A stretch of DNA of 64,000 nucleotides from a virus. The notes under the pieces were generated by a model that saw only the letters and a list, made by a program, of their open reading frames with translations, ran no database searches and was not told the origin of the DNA. A program made the translations under genes and the position numbers. The stretch is taken from the IMG/VR virus record IMGVR_UViG_3300036851_000225, positions 6,018 through 70,017 of that record; one strand, written 5' to 3'. Positions 17,758 to 27,769 of the stretch are shown here, piece after piece (the first letter of the stretch is position 1; each line of letters begins with the position of its first letter).

Positions 17758-20110
17758 TTACGTCGCGTCAGTATTGACAACCGATCTGTTACCATTTGCA
17801 TCGACCGTCGCCGTTATTCTGTCCTTGCTATCCCCCACATTCCTGATCACAACGGTAGTCGTAGCCGCCCCACTGAGTTTGCCCGCCAGGGCCGAGAGCA
17901 TCAGCCGTAGCGCGCCGCGTGGCGTGATGCTCGTCTCAACGCCATTGGTGCGATCAAGCAAGGCATCGGCGTTCTGATCGGCAGTCGGCGGCGTGGTGTA
18001 GCTTGCGCTTGCCAATCGGCTCGAAACAGTCGCATTGAGATTGTCAACGAACAGCTTGCCAATGCTTCCCGCCGTTGTCAAGGCGCTTGTCAATGCGTCC
18101 CATATCGCCTGAACGCCTCCAGCCGAAAGCGCGTAGCCGGTCTTATCGCTGTTTGTGCCCACTGTGACCGAGCCGGTTACTGATCCTACCGAGCCGGTGA
18201 CATTGCCTTGCACTGAGGCTGCACCTTGTCCAAAGCTGCCCGCCCCGACGTGATCGGCCCGCGCTTCGTCCCACACGCTGTCTGCGACTGTAGCCGCTGA
18301 AGGGGGAGCCGTATAGCTTGCGCTGGCGAGCCGGCTACTCACCGTTGCGTCCAGGTTGTCGGCTATCCGCTTGCCGACACTGCCGACAGTAGTAAGCGCC
18401 GATGTAAGCGCATCCCACACGGCCTGCACGCCAGCGGCAGAAAGCGTGTAGCCTGTTTTATCATTGTTCGTGGTGACAGTGACGCCATTTGTCACGGTCG
18501 TCGTCGTCGGGATCGTATTACCTGTTCCAGCATACCCTGTGCCGTCGAAAAAGCTCTCCGCATTGTCGGCTGCCGTTGCATCGCCGCTTAGCTGCGTTGC
18601 ATTGACTGGCATGGGGGTGGTGCCGTCTGTGTAGCTTTCGAGATTGTCAGCAGCCACGCTGTCGCCACTGATTTGCGTCACATTGGCAGTGACGATGTTC
18701 GTTACCGTCGTTGCCGTGCCAATGGTGCTATTGCTGGCTGCAAAGCCGGTATTGTCAAAAAACAACTCTGCATTGTCGGCAGCCACACTGTCACCGCTGA
18801 TCTGTGTTGTATTGGCGGTCACAATATTGGTAACAGTGGTCGCTGTACCAATCGTACTGTTCGCCGCCGCATAGCCGGTACCATCGTAGAACAGTTCAAG
18901 ATTGTCTGCTGCTACACTGTCGCCGCTGATCTGGGTTGTATTTGCTGTGACGATATTCGTCACGTCAGTGACAGTGGGGATGACGGCGCTGGTATGCGTA
19001 ATGCCAGCTAGTTGAGCCTGACTATTTTGCAATATCTCGTAGGTCTGCGTAGCAACGGCCTGTGTCGTGGCTGGTGTGAAGGTGATCGTGTCCGAGGCCG
19101 GTGATCAGCCGCGCCTGGCCTGAGATTGTACCGCTGGTGAAAAGGATAATGCACCCCTTCCAGTAGTCGGTGTCGGCTTCCGCCCGGGCGGCGTCAACCA
19201 TCGTTGTTGTGCTGCCACTGTCTGAGGTACCGCTGACCAGTGACCTGATCTCAGTCACGGCATCGGAGGCAAGCGCATCAGCATCTATCGCGCCTGTCGC
19301 TATAGCAGCAGCCGTCACGACGCCAGCGGCAAGGCCGTTGACCGTGGTAACAGCAGCGACCGTGCCTACAGCGCTGTTAGCAGCATTGTAGCCTGTGCCG
19401 TCGAAGAAAAGCTCGGCGTTATCGGCGGCAGTAGCATCGCCGCTGATCCGCAATGCATCAGCCAGGACGTACTCGCCAAATGTGCCGCCCGTCGTATGGC
19501 CCGATCTGGCTTCGTCCCATACCGCGTCGGCTATTTCAGCTCCGGCGTCAGCGGCCATTGACGCCGCCGTAATCACATTAGCAGCAAGGCCGTTGACTGT
19601 GGTAACGTTCGTTGCAGTGGTCGTGGTCGTGACAGTCGGGATTGTCGCGCCTGTGTGCGTAACGCCGGCCAGTGTGACGAGGCCACTCGATAGACTGATC
19701 TGACCCGCCCCGGTACCCGATGTGACGGTCACTTTAGGACTGCCAGCAGTGTCAGGTGTTGTTACCGCCGTGCCGTTCCAGTAGGTCACGTTGACCTGGA
19801 GGTCGCCGGCTTCCTGGGGGAGAAGGACGATTGGTGTCGTCTTTGCGCCGGCAGACGTTGTTTTGACGATGATCGCTACGGTGTCAGCAGTCATCTCGGT
19901 ACTGGTCAAATCGAGAAAGTAGACTCCGCTGGCAGTGGCTATTTCTGTCGCCTCGTTTGTGCAGTCAACGAAGGTTCCGCCATCCTTGCTGATCTCGCTG
20001 TCGAGGCCGGTAGCGCCAGTCACAAGATCGCCGTCCGCGTCCATTATTGCGAATGTCACACGGTAGGCAGTAGCACGTATGGGAATTGGCTTGGCATCCG
20101 TCGAAGCCAT
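17758..20110 (-). pseudogene. Large repetitive virion/fibre protein split by a frameshift near 19095
   Basis: Both halves share ISGDxxAADNxELFFDGTGY and VWDEAR repeats; coding sense continues in the +1 frame (SDTITFTPATTQAVATQTYEILQNSQ). Confidence 0.7.
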
Positions 20111-20144
20111 TGACCTAAAGCCTTCCCTGTGTTATACTAGGGAT

Positions 20145-20645
20145 ATGCCAAAACAGAAAACATACTGCACGATAGAAGGCTGTGATAAGCCTTGTATAGG
20201 ACGTGGCTATTGCCGCACACATTACAAGCGATGGTATAAATACGGCGATCCGCTTGTTATGAAAAAGGTCTATCGCAGCGAACCGATATGCACTGTCGAT
20301 GGCTGCGAACTACTGACGCTTGCTAAAGGCTTCTGTCAAAAACACTATGCGCTATTTAAGCGTCATGGTGAGCCAGTGCGTAAAAAGGTATTCCGATATA
20401 CCTACATCAAGGACGGCTATCGTTATGTGTACATCGGCAATCGTCGTTATGAGCCTGAGCATCGCATTGTTATGGAACGTTTTCTAGGGAGAAAACTAAA
20501 ATCCGAAGAGCACATACACCACATTGACGGCGATACGTTGAATAATTCTCCAAGTAATCTCCAGATCGTAACCTCTTCAGAGCATCTTAAAATTCATATC
20601 AAAAGCAGACTGCGCGGCAAACATGGGCGTCTCATAAAGTCCTGA
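20145..20645 (+). CDS. HNH homing endonuclease with two Zn-finger repeats
   Basis: Two C-X4-C...C..HY repeats; EHRIVME, HHIDGDTLNNSPSNL. Confidence 0.9.
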   Translation: MPKQKTYCTIEGCDKPCIGRGYCRTHYKRWYKYGDPLVMKKVYRSEPICTVDGCELLTLAKGFCQKHYALFKRHGEPVRKKVFRYTYIKDGYRYVYIGNRRYEPEHRIVMERFLGRKLKSEEHIHHIDGDTLNNSPSNLQIVTSSEHLKIHIKSRLRGKHGRLIKS

Positions 20646-20653
20646 CTAGCCAC

Positions 20654-21364
20654 TTACCACCCCCTGCCAATACGCTGTGCGCCTGTCGGCTCGGTCGATC
20701 CACGTCGCCGGGCGGCCATGGGATGACCAATAGCGCTTGTCAACGCCAGCAGTGTACCAAGGTTCTCACGGCTTGTCCCTTGCGTCGCCGTGCGCGTGCC
20801 GGTCGCTCCTGATGCGGCGCGTGCCTCTTCGGCCAGCATCACACGGCAGTTGCTACCGGCAGTTGCAAATGTGCTGCCGTCCTCTGCTCGCTCGGTCATG
20901 CCCGTAGTCATCGTCGTATTTGTGGTTGTGCTGAACAGTCCAATCAGCATCGTGTCAGTCACGCTTGTTGTGATCGATGGCGCGGTAATCGTCGTGCTGG
21001 CTGCATTCGCCTGTGCGCCACTTGTATCCACTGGCGCTGCCTCGTCAACGCCGCTATAGACGGCGCAGACAATCCCGCATCGCTGCGAATTCGAAAGCGT
21101 CCAGGTAAAGGCAGTACTCGCATCGCCGCTTTGTGCAGTCCGGCGATACACCGCGGTCAAAACCGACGGCGTGGAGCGGTCATCGCTACGAACAAGCGTC
21201 CATCCGCTTGGCTCGGTTACAGTCGTAGATGCGAGATTTGAGCGCACACATACGGCGACAATGATCTGATCGCCAATCTCTGTAGCAGAAGGGACTGTCA
21301 CGGCAATCGTCGTAACGCCGTCCGGTCCCCCGTTGTTGCTTGCGCTGCCACGAAACGCGATCAT
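20654..21364 (-). CDS. S/T-rich virion (fibre-like) protein
   Basis: Beta-rich composition with PSGWTL and TITAPSIT. Confidence 0.6.
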   Translation of the reverse strand: MIAFRGSASNNGGPDGVTTIAVTVPSATEIGDQIIVAVCVRSNLASTTVTEPSGWTLVRSDDRSTPSVLTAVYRRTAQSGDASTAFTWTLSNSQRCGIVCAVYSGVDEAAPVDTSGAQANAASTTITAPSITTSVTDTMLIGLFSTTTNTTMTTGMTERAEDGSTFATAGSNCRVMLAEEARAASGATGTRTATQGTSRENLGTLLALTSAIGHPMAARRRGSTEPTGAQRIGRGW

Positions 21365-21684
21365 GCCTCGCTGCTCACCTCACACGTCACAGTGCCTACA
21401 ATTTCAACACGCTGCCGAACGTGCGTGTACCCGGCAAGATCGATCACGCTGCCGATCTCACGTAAGTCCCCGATTGTCACCGCAACCTCTCGCCAGTTTG
21501 ACCCATCCTCACTCGCCTCGACAGTCAGGCGAAAGACCCCGCCGCTTGCCCCGATCTCGTCATCGGGGACCAATGGGTATGCACGTGCCAGGACCCGGCA
21601 GCCCGCTCTATTGAGCCGTTGCGCCGTATCGCTGTACGTGCCAACTCGCGCCGCTTTGGGGAGGAATGATCGACGTGTTGCCAT
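21361..21684 (-). CDS. Hypothetical structural protein
   Basis: VEASEDGSNW motif; first gene of the leftward operon. Confidence 0.5.
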   Translation of the reverse strand: MATRRSFLPKAARVGTYSDTAQRLNRAGCRVLARAYPLVPDDEIGASGGVFRLTVEASEDGSNWREVAVTIGDLREIGSVIDLAGYTHVRQRVEIVGTVTCEVSSEA

Positions 21685-21715
21685 AGGATAGAGTGTCCTT
21701 GTCTTATGTGACATG

Positions 21716-21784
21716 ATTATAGCATGGATTGTCAATCAGTTCGATCAATCGAACATTGACAAATAGCTACCGCTCTGCTATACT
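21716..21784. promoter_or_regulatory. Divergent promoters flanking a 22-bp motif (21734-21755)
   Basis: Rightward TTGACA-17-TATACT (21756-21784); leftward TGCTATAAT 12 nt from the motif. Confidence 0.75.
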
Positions 21785-21790
21785 TCTGAT

Positions 21791-22084
21791 ATGGATACAC
21801 TTACTACCACACAAGCTGCTGAACTGCTCAAAAAGCATAATATTAACGTAACGGCACAAACTGTTAAAAAGTGGTGCCAAAACAAGTATATACCGGGCGC
21901 ATACCGCCTTGGCAGCAAATACGGCGGGCTATGGGTTATCCCCCTCGATAGTCTCATCGGCGCATTAGAGACTGGCACAATACCACCTCGTGGCAAGCGA
22001 GGTCGCAAGCCAGATGAGAACCCCTCTCCGCTAACACTGGCAAAGCGCCGAAGTCGTGAGCGTTCTAATCGAATAGAACAGTAG
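21791..22084 (+). CDS. HTH DNA-binding protein (MerR/excisionase-like), probably leaderless
   Basis: LTTTQAAELL..TAQTVKKWC..IPGAYRLG..WVIP; ATG 7 nt after the -10. Confidence 0.75.
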   Translation: MDTLTTTQAAELLKKHNINVTAQTVKKWCQNKYIPGAYRLGSKYGGLWVIPLDSLIGALETGTIPPRGKRGRKPDENPSPLTLAKRRSRERSNRIEQ

Positions 22085-22126
22085 ATTAGAGATTATCCCA
22101 ATAGTTCAAACTCCCCTCTAAACCCC

Positions 22127-22155
22127 TTGACAAATTCGTATCGGTCTGGTATACT
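22127..22155 (+). promoter_or_regulatory. Sigma70-type promoter followed by a degenerate 22-bp motif (22165-22186)
   Basis: TTGACA-17-TATACT. Confidence 0.75.
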
Positions 22156-22201
22156 AACATCAGTTGATCGATTGAACGAACTGAACGAGGGAGACAAGGC
22201 A

Positions 22202-22405
22202 ATGGAAAAGCAGGACGAGATGACTATAGATGAAGTGTACGAAGTACTGGTCAACGCAGGATTTATCATTCACATCGTCGGAATGAGTTTTATCGTCAGT
22301 CTCAAAAATCGCAACGTTCGGCCTATGGAAGTCCAGATTGCACTCGATTGGCCGACGAATGTTCAATACGCGGTCAGCGGCGACGCAACAGTAGTGACGC
22401 TGTAA
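22202..22405 (+). CDS. Hypothetical early protein
   Basis: GGAGACAAGGCAATG start context. Confidence 0.55.
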   Translation: MEKQDEMTIDEVYEVLVNAGFIIHIVGMSFIVSLKNRNVRPMEVQIALDWPTNVQYAVSGDATVVTL

Positions 22406-22431
22406 CTACCTATCGAAGAGGAGACAAGGCA

Positions 22432-22629
22432 ATGACAGGAACACTTACACAGACAAGAGCCGTGCGTAATGCGATCAGGGCACTCCAATACGAACTACGC
22501 AGCAATCAGGACGACGCCGAAGTAGCGGAGCAGATCAAGGGTGATATAACGGCGCTCGAAAATGTTATCGTCACCCTGAAGCAATATGACACACTGCGGC
22601 AAGCCCTGAAGGCGACACTCGCAGACTAG
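22432..22629 (+). CDS. Hypothetical coiled-coil protein
   Basis: Same GGAGACAAGGCAATG start context. Confidence 0.55.
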   Translation: MTGTLTQTRAVRNAIRALQYELRSNQDDAEVAEQIKGDITALENVIVTLKQYDTLRQALKATLAD

Positions 22630-22653
22630 AAGATAGAGAGAAGAGGTGATCTG

Positions 22654-23025
22654 ATGCAAACACTCACAATCGCAAGCCTGATGAACTTCTTGCCTGATGC
22701 CACTGACGAGGCTCGTGTCAAAGTAGCCAATGATGCAAAGTGGATTGAGCGGATTGATGATGCTTTCTCGTGGCTACTGGAACAGGATACGGTACAGCTT
22801 GACGGCTACGTCGTCCTGATCGAAAGTGAGACAAGCGGCTTGACGTATCGTGTCAATGGCTCATGCTCGTGTCTCGCGGCACAGAGCAACGTGATGTGCA
22901 AACATAGAGTCAGAGCGCGCTTGATCAAGCTGGCACTCGAAAAGCAGAAGGCAGACGCGGCCCAGCGCATCGCTAAAGCGCGCTCAGAGCGCTGGCAGCA
23001 GGAGATTGACGAGCTTTTTATTTGA
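22654..23025 (+). CDS. SWIM zinc-finger protein
   Basis: YRV..CSC-X8-CKH. Confidence 0.7.
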   Translation: MQTLTIASLMNFLPDATDEARVKVANDAKWIERIDDAFSWLLEQDTVQLDGYVVLIESETSGLTYRVNGSCSCLAAQSNVMCKHRVRARLIKLALEKQKADAAQRIAKARSERWQQEIDELFI

Positions 23026-23094
23026 TCGGGTGTTCGATTGACTGTACTGATTGAGGGGTGGCAATCGCGCCACCCCTCTGAGGAGAAGAGAACA

Positions 23095-23481
23095 ATGAAA
23101 CCCATTTTCGAGGAGAGCACAAAGGCTGGCGATATGCCTATGGCACGAGTTGTCAAGAACGCGCCTCAGTGGAATGATCGCCTTGGCAGGCATGACTACG
23201 CTGATACAATCGAGCGCTGGGCAGATAGCATATTTGTTTCTACTAAGGCATATTGGGATAAGGATCTCGATGTGATTGTGGTGGATCAGGGGCTTGACGA
23301 TTACACTGATCTGCCTGACAGCCGCCGTATCCTTGAGACAATCTACGGCAAGGCCAAGGCGCTACGCCGTGCTATCGAACTGGCAGATGAGTGGATAGCG
23401 CTTGTGCGGTCCGCTATTCCACAGCCATTGACCGACGATGAGGTGTTAGCGCGCCACAAGGCGCAAGAGGAGATACGATGA
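23095..23481 (+). CDS. Hypothetical protein
   Basis: GAGGAG RBS. Confidence 0.55.
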   Translation: MKPIFEESTKAGDMPMARVVKNAPQWNDRLGRHDYADTIERWADSIFVSTKAYWDKDLDVIVVDQGLDDYTDLPDSRRILETIYGKAKALRRAIELADEWIALVRSAIPQPLTDDEVLARHKAQEEIR

Positions 23482-23825
23482 TAACTTGTCCAGTATGCAA
23501 TAATGCCGCAGCCGTGTATGTTGCAACAGCGCCTAATGGCAAGGCAATGCCACTGTGTGGCGCATGCCGCTACGGCGGAGCAATCATACCAGATGACACA
23601 ACGTACTCGTATCAAGAGAAAAGAGGAGACACGATGATGCCGACACCTGACTATGATGAAGAATTTCACAACGAATGGAGCGCGCTGGCTTACGAGCTGA
23701 TAGACACTGGCACAAGCCGAGACAACGCGCTTGACGCGGCGTATGATATGATAGTGCCACTGCTGAACTTTGCAGCGGAGTGGGATAAGGCAGTGGGGCA
23801 AGCAAGAGAGGAGCGAGCACAATGA
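23478..23825 (+). CDS. Hypothetical protein with Zn-finger N-terminus
   Basis: CPVC..CGAC; internal RBS and ATG at ~23635. Confidence 0.5.
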   Translation: MITCPVCNNAAAVYVATAPNGKAMPLCGACRYGGAIIPDDTTYSYQEKRGDTMMPTPDYDEEFHNEWSALAYELIDTGTSRDNALDAAYDMIVPLLNFAAEWDKAVGQAREERAQ

Positions 23826-24046
23826 GTCCTGAAACAATGATCTATGCAGCCGTGAAAATGACAGCAGAGGTCTTGACCGACATGGAACTAGCGAGCCTCA
23901 ACCTTGTTGCGGCTTGGGGGACTGACCCCCGCAACCAGGCGTGGTACCCAAAGGTAAAAACCCTTTTTGACCTGGAGAACGGCACGAAGATGCATCAGAC
24001 GACACAAGATGCCCTGGCGCGTGTCGTCAATGAGCGGCTGAAGTAG
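23822..24046 (+). CDS. Hypothetical protein
   Basis: ATGA coupling. Confidence 0.5.
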   Translation: MSPETMIYAAVKMTAEVLTDMELASLNLVAAWGTDPRNQAWYPKVKTLFDLENGTKMHQTTQDALARVVNERLK

Positions 24047-24407
24047 CAAGAGGCAGCCAGTAGCGACGCGGGAGCACCACTGGCCCAATAGTTCGCATAC
24101 CACTGCTGTGCAGGCTAACTGAATATTCGCCACCCGGCCATGGGGAGGGGTCCACAGCAATGTGTGGCCCCTCTTTTGCGTGTATTTCCCAGGCGACAAG
24201 CGCGCATTCATTCGGCCTGCACTTCGTGATGATCGCCGTCGCCTCACCGTCCTGATGCCAGGACACAAGCGCCTCACTCCCACTCCATTCGACGGCCATG
24301 CCCTCCTTTGCGCCGAGTGTTGCGGGCAAGTAGAACAGCACTGCGATAGCAATAGCGATGAGCACCACAGCAAGAATGATGTTCTCTGCTGTCTGTCGTT
24401 TCATCAC
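24027..24407 (-). CDS. Membrane-anchored protein at the end of the lysis operon
   Basis: N-terminal hydrophobic helix; coupled to the HD-GYP gene. Confidence 0.55.
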   Translation of the reverse strand: MMKRQTAENIILAVVLIAIAIAVLFYLPATLGAKEGMAVEWSGSEALVSWHQDGEATAIITKCRPNECALVAWEIHAKEGPHIAVDPSPWPGGEYSVSLHSSGMRTIGPVVLPRRYWLPLATSAAH

Positions 24408-25381
24408 TCCTCACAATCGAGCATATCCAAAAATGCCGTGACGACCTGGGGATCGAACTGACTGCCGCTACCGTTGCGGATATTGTCACAGACGATCTCG
24501 ACAGGCCAGCCTTTGCGATACGGACGGTCGGAAGTCATCGCATCAAAAGCGTCTACCACAGAAAAAACACGTGCTGAAAGTGGGATAGCCTCTCCTGCGA
24601 GGCCATACGGATAGCCGCCGCCGCCCCATTTTTCGTGGTGGTAATGGGGGATGTCCAGGGCCAGACGCAGATACTCAATTGGCGCAAGAAGTTCGTAGGC
24701 ATAGACAGGATGCATTTTCATAATCACCCACTCCTCATCGGTCAACGGCCCTGGCTTGAGGAGGATATGATCGGGTACACCCATCTTGCCAATATCGTGC
24801 AGCAGTGCGCCGCGCCGGATATGGATCAACTCGTCAGCGCCAATGCCAAGCTTCGGAGCAAGGCGCATGGTCATCTCAGTGACGCGCTGCGTATGGCCCT
24901 CGGTTTCCTTATCGCGCAAGTCAAGCGCTCGTGACCAGCCTTCGATGGTCCGATCATAGGCATCAACGAGTGACCGTTCCGCCTTGACCAGGTTGCGGCG
25001 GTTCGCAGCATCACGCAACTCCCGTGCAATGGCCGGGATCAGCCTGACAAGATTATCCTTGAAAACAATATCGCGTGCGCCAAATTCAATTAGACGCAAT
25101 ATGGCCGTGTCCTGATCCTCATGAATGTAGCCCGATACCACGATGACCGGCATCTCACGATCATGAATGCTCAGAATGAGGAGCGCGTCATGCACGTCGA
25201 GGCCTGGTATATTGTAGTCGATCAGGACGACATCCCACCCTGACTGGAGTGTTGCGATAAGCTGTGGAGCTGAAGAGACAATCTTGCAATCGTCAAAATG
25301 AAAATAGGTACGCAGACGCCGCGCCAGCAGTACCGCATCATCTTCGTTATCTTCGACAAATAAGACCCGGATTGACTGCAT
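24404..25381 (-). CDS. Response regulator receiver + HD-GYP cyclic dinucleotide phosphodiesterase (RpfG-like)
   Basis: REC: VEDNEDD, DVVLIDYNIPG, VVSG, FK; HD-GYP: GHTQRV, LLHDIGK, HHEKWGGGGYPYGL, DAFDAMTSDRPYR. Confidence 0.95.
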   Translation of the reverse strand: MQSIRVLFVEDNEDDAVLLARRLRTYFHFDDCKIVSSAPQLIATLQSGWDVVLIDYNIPGLDVHDALLILSIHDREMPVIVVSGYIHEDQDTAILRLIEFGARDIVFKDNLVRLIPAIARELRDAANRRNLVKAERSLVDAYDRTIEGWSRALDLRDKETEGHTQRVTEMTMRLAPKLGIGADELIHIRRGALLHDIGKMGVPDHILLKPGPLTDEEWVIMKMHPVYAYELLAPIEYLRLALDIPHYHHEKWGGGGYPYGLAGEAIPLSARVFSVVDAFDAMTSDRPYRKGWPVEIVCDNIRNGSGSQFDPQVVTAFLDMLDCEE

Positions 25382-25425
25382 TGCGGCGTTCGTCCTGCTT
25401 CCCAGCGCCCATTGTGAGGAGTGTG

Positions 25426-25698
25426 CTACCCTCTTGTTGTAGCTGTAGCTGTAGAGCTTGCCGTGGCTGTTGCTTGCTCGGCTTCCATCGTTTGCCCATA
25501 CGCCTCATCGAGCATATCAGCCAGCTTTGCAATCAGCAGGAGTTGCTTGTGGCTTGCAACACCAGAGCCAAAACGCTTAGCATATATCTGTGCCATAGCG
25601 ATCTCGCTGTGCGCGTCTGCGTCAAGCGTGTCTAGCCAATGCGCTATTCGAGCACGCTGTTCCTGTTGCTCCTGCTGTTCTTTTTTTGCTTCGGCCAT
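25426..25698 (-). CDS. Hypothetical protein
   Basis: AGGGGA RBS; in the lysis operon. Confidence 0.55.
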   Translation of the reverse strand: MAEAKKEQQEQQEQRARIAHWLDTLDADAHSEIAMAQIYAKRFGSGVASHKQLLLIAKLADMLDEAYGQTMEAEQATATASSTATATTRG

Positions 25699-25715
25699 GA
25701 TCCCCTATCCTTAGT

Positions 25716-26051
25716 CTATACATTCCTGATGACAGTAAGACCGGCTAAGACAACGAGCGCCAGTACGAGTATGATGATTGCGATAACAAGCCATGGTGCG
25801 GCGTGTCGCAGCCAGGTCGCAAGCGTATGCTCAATTGTTTCTAGACGATGCTCCCAGGCAGCGAAGTTCTGATCAAGCGTTTTTTGACGCTCTTTGCGCT
25901 CTGCTTTATCTTCATACTGGCGCGCATCAAGTTGCATCAAGGCGCTTGTGACGGTGCGCCGATACTCCCTCAAGTCGTTTGACAGCGCCTCTAACTTTTC
26001 GAGCGCCATTTTCCAGCGAGTATCGTCTGCCGTCTCAGGTGGCATGATCAT
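25716..26051 (-). CDS. Coiled-coil protein with C-terminal TM helix (holin-like)
   Basis: WLVIAIIILVLALVVLAGLTVI; downstream of the endolysin. Confidence 0.55.
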   Translation of the reverse strand: MIMPPETADDTRWKMALEKLEALSNDLREYRRTVTSALMQLDARQYEDKAERKERQKTLDQNFAAWEHRLETIEHTLATWLRHAAPWLVIAIIILVLALVVLAGLTVIRNV

Positions 26052-26370
26052 CTCTTTGCAGCACATTGATCGTAATCTTTACCACGTCCCGGCCCGCCAC
26101 ATCGCCCGTTGTCACATCGCCAAATTGATTACTTTCGCCAAAGGTTAACAGCGCCTCTCGTAACACTGGCTGTGTAACGATTTGCACTGCTGCGACTTCC
26201 GGCGCAATCTCACCTGTCGCCGTTTGTGCCAGGAGTTGCGTGAGTGGGTGTGCCTTTGGGTAATGCGCCAAGGCTTCGGCCACAATATCACGGCACAAAA
26301 GCAAGGTGAGATCCGGCCCCTCTATCGCTATCTGCAAGTCGAGCACGTCAAGCTCATGCTGCAAACTCAC
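26035..26370 (-). CDS. Hypothetical protein
   Basis: Coupled to the endolysin; C-terminal GDVTTGDVAGRDVVK. Confidence 0.55.
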   Translation of the reverse strand: MSLQHELDVLDLQIAIEGPDLTLLLCRDIVAEALAHYPKAHPLTQLLAQTATGEIAPEVAAVQIVTQPVLREALLTFGESNQFGDVTTGDVAGRDVVKITINVLQRDDHAT

Positions 26371-27638
26371 GGCTGCGCCTGCTGGATAGCATTGGCGATT
26401 GTCGCAAGGCTCTCACCATACTTGTCTCCCGGCCATGCCCATCCTGCTATCCATTGCTCACGCGGCTTTCCTGCATTGGTCGGATTGTGAATGGCACCTA
26501 GCGGCTTCAGCGTTAACGCTGTACCTCGTGCCAGGGGGTGGAGTGGTCGCAGGGCAAGAGCATAGTCAATCAACACCTGCTGTTCTGGAGTAGTCTCGTG
26601 TGGCTGAAGTGCATAGGCCAGCCAGCGCCCCGTCTGCGCACGAACGTGATGCTCCCAGGTAGGAAAGCTGATCCCTTCAAGCCACTTCGTACCCTTTTGC
26701 GCCCATGTCGCGTAGACAACCCCGTCAACGGTGACAGAGGTAAAGCGCGGCTTTGCAACGCTTCCAGCTCCCGTTACCCCATAGCCCGATCCATTGCGGC
26801 GCGGACGCTCGCTCCACCATGAGCACATGGGTTTATAGCTGTCATTGCGAGTGGGATAGCGCTCACTTGTTTCGTGGATTGCCTGGGCAATCAACAGCAG
26901 CGGATCAATGCCGACAGAGGGAGCAATGCGCCAATAGTGACTGACGATCTCCCGAATGCTCACAGGCTGATAGTAGCCTTGTCCTCGATTGAAAATGTAG
27001 TTGATCGCCTGTTGCGCTGTAGCGCGTGGAGAAGCGATCAGCGTGCTATTGACCGTGATAGAGGGCATAGGCATTATAGGTGCTTTATTCGCAAGCCAGT
27101 TCTCGACTTCTTTCCATACCCAATCCTTTGTCACTTTCCAGCCGGGACAACTCTTCTCATTGGTATAATCGCGGTGGAATGAGATCAGTTGACGAGGCGG
27201 AATGTTGAGACGCCTGGACAATGCGCCCATGACGGCCTTTGCCTCACTCCAAACTATCCCACTCGGCAGCTTTGTGTCAAAAAAGCCTACCATTTCAAGG
27301 CCGATACTGTACCCCCATTTGCCGTTCCAGGTGCCTGAATTGCCTGTACCCGCGTGTATGCCCACGTCGGCCATGGGAGTAAAGAGCCATATTCCATCTG
27401 GCGCTACGTAGATATGCGGCGCGGCGCTCCACCCTTTGCCGCGATAGAACGTCTGCATGCCACGCATCGAAGTCAAGCCGCGCCAATCAGCCTCGTCAGG
27501 CTTATAGGTGTGGTGCAGCACGACTCTCGACGGCGGAATAGAGCCGAAGTCGTAATGCTGCACGTAATCAAGCCACTCAGCGATTGTGAGTTTACGGCCA
27601 ATCATCGGAGGCATGCCAGTTGTCGTGTCAATCTGCAT
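26367..27638 (-). CDS. Endolysin: Zn amidase (Amidase_2) plus lysozyme/glucosaminidase-like domain
   Basis: VVLHHT, PHIYV, GIHAG, SIGLEMVG, HRDY..KSCPG; C-terminal IAQAIHETS. Confidence 0.85.
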   Translation of the reverse strand: MQIDTTTGMPPMIGRKLTIAEWLDYVQHYDFGSIPPSRVVLHHTYKPDEADWRGLTSMRGMQTFYRGKGWSAAPHIYVAPDGIWLFTPMADVGIHAGTGNSGTWNGKWGYSIGLEMVGFFDTKLPSGIVWSEAKAVMGALSRRLNIPPRQLISFHRDYTNEKSCPGWKVTKDWVWKEVENWLANKAPIMPMPSITVNSTLIASPRATAQQAINYIFNRGQGYYQPVSIREIVSHYWRIAPSVGIDPLLLIAQAIHETSERYPTRNDSYKPMCSWWSERPRRNGSGYGVTGAGSVAKPRFTSVTVDGVVYATWAQKGTKWLEGISFPTWEHHVRAQTGRWLAYALQPHETTPEQQVLIDYALALRPLHPLARGTALTLKPLGAIHNPTNAGKPREQWIAGWAWPGDKYGESLATIANAIQQAQP

Positions 27639-27726
27639 AAAAGTCCCCCTGGCTACACGCAATGGGGAGTGTGTAGCCAGGTCCGAAGAGGAGAGAAAGC
27701 AATGGAGGCAAAGCCATTGCACTTGT

Positions 27727-27767
27727 AATTATAGCATAATCGTCAAATCAGTACGATTGATCGAACA
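27727..27767 (-). promoter_or_regulatory. Lysis operon promoter overlapped by a 22-bp motif (27746-27767)
   Basis: Motif, 12 nt, then TATAAT with TG extension. Confidence 0.65.
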
Positions 27768-27769
27768 GC

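Noticed and set aside
17758-20110. Diversity-generating retroelement acting on the fibre repeats
   Set aside because: No reverse transcriptase in the window and no adenine-specific TR/VR pair seen
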